This document shows positions 23,710 through 24,273 of a DNA stretch of 24,273 nucleotides, in pieces. The position numbers were made by a program, and so were the translations under genes. Positions within the stretch are counted from its first letter, which is position 1. The number at the start of each line of letters is the position of its first letter. Location: contig JBBRXO010000034.1 of the NCBI GenBank assembly GCA_038248345.1, forward strand, positions 1-24,273, read 5' to 3'. The notes beneath the pieces were generated by a model, which was not told where the DNA came from, ran no database searches, and was given only the letters and a program-made list of their open reading frames with translations. This DNA is from Armatimonadota bacterium. GTDB lineage: Bacteria; Armatimonadota; Hebobacteria; CAIYQO01.

Positions 23710-24053
23710 TAAAAATCGGCACCGACATCGAGCAGATATCGCGTATGGAGGCGGCGTTGGCGCGCACCCCACGGCTGGCTGCGCGCATCTTCAGCGCGGC
23801 AGAGTGCGATTACTGTGCGGGGAAAGCGAACCCCGCGCAGCACTACACCGCACGCTTTTGTGCCAAAGAAGCCTTCATCAAAGCGCTGGGACAACCGGTA
23901 TCCTTGCAGGAGATTGAAGTAACCCGCACCCCTGACGGCCAACCCACCCTCCACCTGACCGGCTGCGCCGCCGAATACCTGGGTGAGCGGCAAGTGCAAG
24001 TCTCGCTCTCGCACGCCGGGGATTATGCCACGGCGGTGGTGGTTATTTTTTGA
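23706..24053 (+). CDS. acpS: Holo-ACP synthase
   Basis: IGTDIE.I.R, ARFCAKEAFIKALG, G.P, VSLSH. ATGA overlap with hisA. Confidence 0.95.
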   Translation: MIKIGTDIEQISRMEAALARTPRLAARIFSAAECDYCAGKANPAQHYTARFCAKEAFIKALGQPVSLQEIEVTRTPDGQPTLHLTGCAAEYLGERQVQVSLSHAGDYATAVVVIF

Positions 24054-24057
24054 GTTC

Positions 24058-24092
24058 CCGTTCTCATGGGCGGGGGACGCCCATGAGAACGG
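24058..24092. repeat. Perfect 15-bp hairpin after acpS (REP-like, possible terminator role)
   Basis: CCGTTCTCATGGGCG-GGGGA-CGCCCATGAGAACGG, with no U-tract. A related copy lies at about 19645-19670. Confidence 0.7.
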
Positions 24093-24163
24093 CCAAATAG
24101 CGCGTAACCTCATGGTCACCCCCTGGGAACGCCAATCTCCGCATTGGCCCGTCCCCCGCCTCC

Positions 24164-24232
24164 GTAGCCCGCGCCCGCCGCGGCGCGTATTTGCTGATGA
24201 ACACCAAGCGCGCCACGGCGGGCGCGGGCTAC
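24164..24232. repeat. Inverted GTAG-REP doublet (REPIN/BIME-like)
   Basis: GTAGCCCGCGCCCGCCGCGGCGCG (24164-24187) and its reverse complement (24209-24232) match at 23/24 nt, with a 21-nt spacer. Confidence 0.75.
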
Positions 24233-24273
24233 AGTTCCACCAAGCGCGCCACCCATGTTACGAGCCAAACGCC

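Overview
Bacterial chromosomal window, mostly housekeeping. Armatimonadota-like/Terrabacteria affinity is inferred from gene content (ylqD, khpA, tandem lepB) and is not proven. The core is a minus-strand translation/secretion cluster: L10 leader-rplJ-rplL-ffh-rpsP-khpA-ylqD-rimM-ilvE-trmD-rplS-lepB-lepB-rnhB. It is followed by a SAM methyltransferase-like gene, a large secreted GH42-like protein, a zinc-ribbon/GrpE-like protein, an SGNH hydrolase, pckA, hisA and acpS. Two visibly AT-richer accessory islets carry defence/toxin-antitoxin parts. The left islet has an HigA-HTH/ImmA metallopeptidase and an ABC-type ATPase plus DUF4276, beside a 5'-partial ~75-aa tandem-repeat protein. The right islet has a Panacea (DUF4065) antitoxin plus a probable toxin, beside an SMI1/KNR4 gene. 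In both two-gene modules the putative effector is broken (1-nt frameshift; early nonsense codon) while its partner is intact. Intergenic regions hold several families of REP-like palindromes with compensatory base changes. No rRNA, tRNA, CRISPR array or transposase was seen. Family assignments come from motif recognition only, not from database searches.
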